A stretch of DNA of 19,060 bases from Promethearchaeota archaeon (lineage in GTDB: Archaea; Asgardarchaeota; Lokiarchaeia; Sigyniarchaeales; SOKP01): positions 1 to 19,060 of the forward strand of contig JAFGGO010000072.1 in NCBI GenBank assembly GCA_016930515.1. The letters are read 5' to 3'. Numbering within the stretch: the stretch's first letter is position 1; each line of letters begins with the position of its first letter. The position numbers and the translations under genes are program-made. This document shows positions 17,218 through 19,060 of this stretch, piece by piece. The notes under the pieces are model-generated. The model searched no databases. It was not told the origin of the DNA and saw nothing but the letters and a program-made list of their open reading frames with translations.

Positions 17218-18045
17218 GTGATAAAAGTGGTAAACATTTTGATGGATCAATCCGAAAATAACGGAACTTATAAGCACTTGATTGAAAAAATTAATCTCGA
17301 AGGAACGCTCCATTTTTCCCTTATGGATCCTGATCCAGTTAGACAAAGACCATCAAAGGCTGCGAAGATGGCAAAATTATGCGAAAAGGCGGGAACGGAT
17401 GCTTTTTTAATTGGCGGGAGCACGGTTTTTGACCAGACCTTTGTTGATAAAACCATCGAAGCCATAAAACAAGAAGTAGAAATTCCTGTAATCATCTTTC
17501 CTGGTGGTGTTGGCAATGTATCATCCAAAGCCGACGCGATTTTTTTTATGTCTCTATTGAATTCTTCGAATCCACATTTTATTATTGGTCAACAAGCGTT
17601 AGCATCTTATACGATAAAATTAGCGCAGTTAGAATACATCTCAATGGCATATCTAATAATCGAACCGGGTGCAGCTGCAGGCTGGATTGGAGACGCTAAA
17701 TTATTTCCTCGAGCAAGACCTAAATTAACAGCTGCTTATGCCCTTGCCGCTGAAATGTTTGGATTCAAGATGGTTTATTTAGAAGCTGGTTCTGGTGGAG
17801 AAAGCATACCACCTGAAACCATCAAGCTTTGTTCTTCATTGTTATCTATTCCACTAATTGCTGGTGGCGGTGTTCAAACCAAGGAAGACGCACGGAAATT
17901 CGTCAAAGCAGGTGCCGACATCATTGTTATGGGCAGTTACATCGAGAAAACTGTATTAAAGGACAACGGTGCATCTTTAAAAGAAATAATCGACGAAATT
18001 AAAGATGCGGGCAAGAATCACTCTAAAGATTTCAAATTAAAGTAA
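17218..18045 (+). CDS. Geranylgeranylglyceryl phosphate synthase (GGGPS, group II)
   Basis: LHFSLMDPD, GTDAFLIGGS, PVIIFPG, ADAIFFMSLLNS, AYLIIEPG, VYLEAGSG, GGGV, GADIIVMGS. Start GTG 17218 or ATG 17242. Confidence 0.96.
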   Translation: MIKVVNILMDQSENNGTYKHLIEKINLEGTLHFSLMDPDPVRQRPSKAAKMAKLCEKAGTDAFLIGGSTVFDQTFVDKTIEAIKQEVEIPVIIFPGGVGNVSSKADAIFFMSLLNSSNPHFIIGQQALASYTIKLAQLEYISMAYLIIEPGAAAGWIGDAKLFPRARPKLTAAYALAAEMFGFKMVYLEAGSGGESIPPETIKLCSSLLSIPLIAGGGVQTKEDARKFVKAGADIIVMGSYIEKTVLKDNGASLKEIIDEIKDAGKNHSKDFKLK

Positions 18046-18048
18046 ATA

Positions 18049-18936
18049 GTGTACGCCGAAATGAAAGTAAAAGACATTGTTGAAATCATGCGCCCTATCA
18101 ACGATGTTATGGGTTCACTAACCGTCATCATTGGCGTTTTAAATACGAGAATGGGCATTCCAGATACGATCGTATGGATAAACTTGATTATGGGTGTGTT
18201 GACTTATATATTTATATCTGGAGCGTCAATGATAATAAACGATATATACGACCATCAAATCGATCAAATCAACAGACCAGAGCGCCCGATTCCTTCTGGA
18301 CGAATTTCTCTAAAGCAAGCAAAAATATTATTTGTTGTAATGCTCGTTATTGGAATAACTTTTTCCTTCTTAAATAGCTTGATTATTGGCTTGATACCTA
18401 TAAATGTGATCGTTGCGGCATTTTTTGGATTTATTGGTTGGTTATACGCAAAATGGGGGAAAAAAAGTGGCTTTCCTGGAAACATTCTAGTGGGCATATC
18501 TTTTTCGATAGGGCTGGTTTATGGTGCCATATTAAATGGTTACAACATTCCTTTATATATCTTATACTTTTTCCTAACATCGTTTTTCCTACTTATCGCA
18601 CGCGAAATCGTTAAAGGATGCGAGGATATCGAAGGAGATAAGATAGAAGGTGTGAAAACATTGGCATTAACTAAAGGATTAAAATACGCTCTGGTGATTT
18701 CAGTAATTTGTCAGATACTGGCAATAGTGTTCTTTATTTTACCAATTTTTACCCTTATCATCAATCCGATGCTTTTCTTGCTGACTATGAGCTTTGGTTT
18801 GGTGGTAGTATGTATTGCTCTTGTACTATCTTTGCTTTCCAAGTTAGAAAAGAAAGAATTCAGTCGCATTAGTTTATTTCTAAAAATAGGAGCCTTTTTA
18901 GGCTTACTGTCTTTTGTATGTGCTAGCATAGGTTAA
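18049..18936 (+). CDS. Digeranylgeranylglyceryl phosphate synthase (DGGGPS, UbiA prenyltransferase family)
   Basis: MRPIN, NDIYDHQIDQINRPERPIPSG (NDxxDxxxD), REIVKGCEDIEGD second acidic motif, multiple TM helices; directly follows GGGPS. Start GTG 18049 or ATG 18061. Confidence 0.92.
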   Translation: MYAEMKVKDIVEIMRPINDVMGSLTVIIGVLNTRMGIPDTIVWINLIMGVLTYIFISGASMIINDIYDHQIDQINRPERPIPSGRISLKQAKILFVVMLVIGITFSFLNSLIIGLIPINVIVAAFFGFIGWLYAKWGKKSGFPGNILVGISFSIGLVYGAILNGYNIPLYILYFFLTSFFLLIAREIVKGCEDIEGDKIEGVKTLALTKGLKYALVISVICQILAIVFFILPIFTLIINPMLFLLTMSFGLVVVCIALVLSLLSKLEKKEFSRISLFLKIGAFLGLLSFVCASIG

Positions 18937-18979
18937 AATAACTATATAAATATCATCGCCATTCCTTCTCTCGAAAATT

Positions 18980-19060
18980 TTAGATGGGGCCTATTATTTT
19001 ATTATAGTTATAATGATTCTCACTCGAAAAAGAATTATATCTAAACACAATTTCTATAAG
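18980..19060 (-). CDS. Possible 3' end of a convergent gene entering from the right edge (partial)
   Basis: Open minus frame LIEIVFRYNSFSSENHYNYNKIIGPI* ending at 18980; too short to verify. Confidence 0.25.
   Translation of the reverse strand, partial: LIEIVFRYNSFSSENHYNYNKIIGPI

Noticed and set aside
253-18929. Many short overlapping ORFs in the track (e.g. 253..570, 571..765, 1057..1308, 5730..5981, 11506..11826, 13918..14274, 14320..14646, 17268..17528)
   Set aside because: They are antisense or alternate-frame shadows of well-supported genes, with no recognisable motifs.
18938-19011. Inverted repeat ATAACTATA ... TATAGTTAT after DGGGPS
   Set aside because: Only 9 bp, almost all A/T, with a long spacer; no transposase or target duplication; likely chance.
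1-19060. CRISPR array, tRNA, rRNA or IS element
   Set aside because: Intergenic regions are short and AT-rich, with no regularly spaced repeats, GC-rich cloverleaf or transposase motifs seen.

Overview
AT-rich archaeal chromosomal window, most likely from an Asgard archaeon of the Lokiarchaeia/Promethearchaeota type. This is inferred from the archaeal ether-lipid genes, archaeal uS2 and Thi4, and a Loki-CTERM-like sorting tail. In order it holds: the 3' end of an unknown gene; a His-type (sulfide-using) Thi4; a two-gene acyl-CoA dehydratase activase system split by a single in-frame TAA; two membrane proteins and an HD protein; a stand-alone uS2 with a long charged N-terminal extension; an orphan CooC; a 5'-truncated Loki-CTERM-like surface protein remnant; a TsrM-like B12/radical-SAM enzyme divergent from an iron-sulfur flavoprotein; an orphan gamma-class N6-adenine DNA methyltransferase with an A13 tract; and an orphan CheB with a long linker. 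The window ends with a four-gene ether-lipid cluster: CTP-dependent polyprenol/diacylglycerol-type kinase, geranylgeranyl reductase, GGGP synthase, DGGGP synthase. The most interesting element is that cluster: it has a membrane lipid kinase but no G1P dehydrogenase or CarS (candidate archaeol/prenol salvage module), and GGGPS and DGGGPS are in frame, one stop codon from a fusion. No rRNA, tRNA, CRISPR array or transposase was recognised. All family calls are by motif recognition, not database search.
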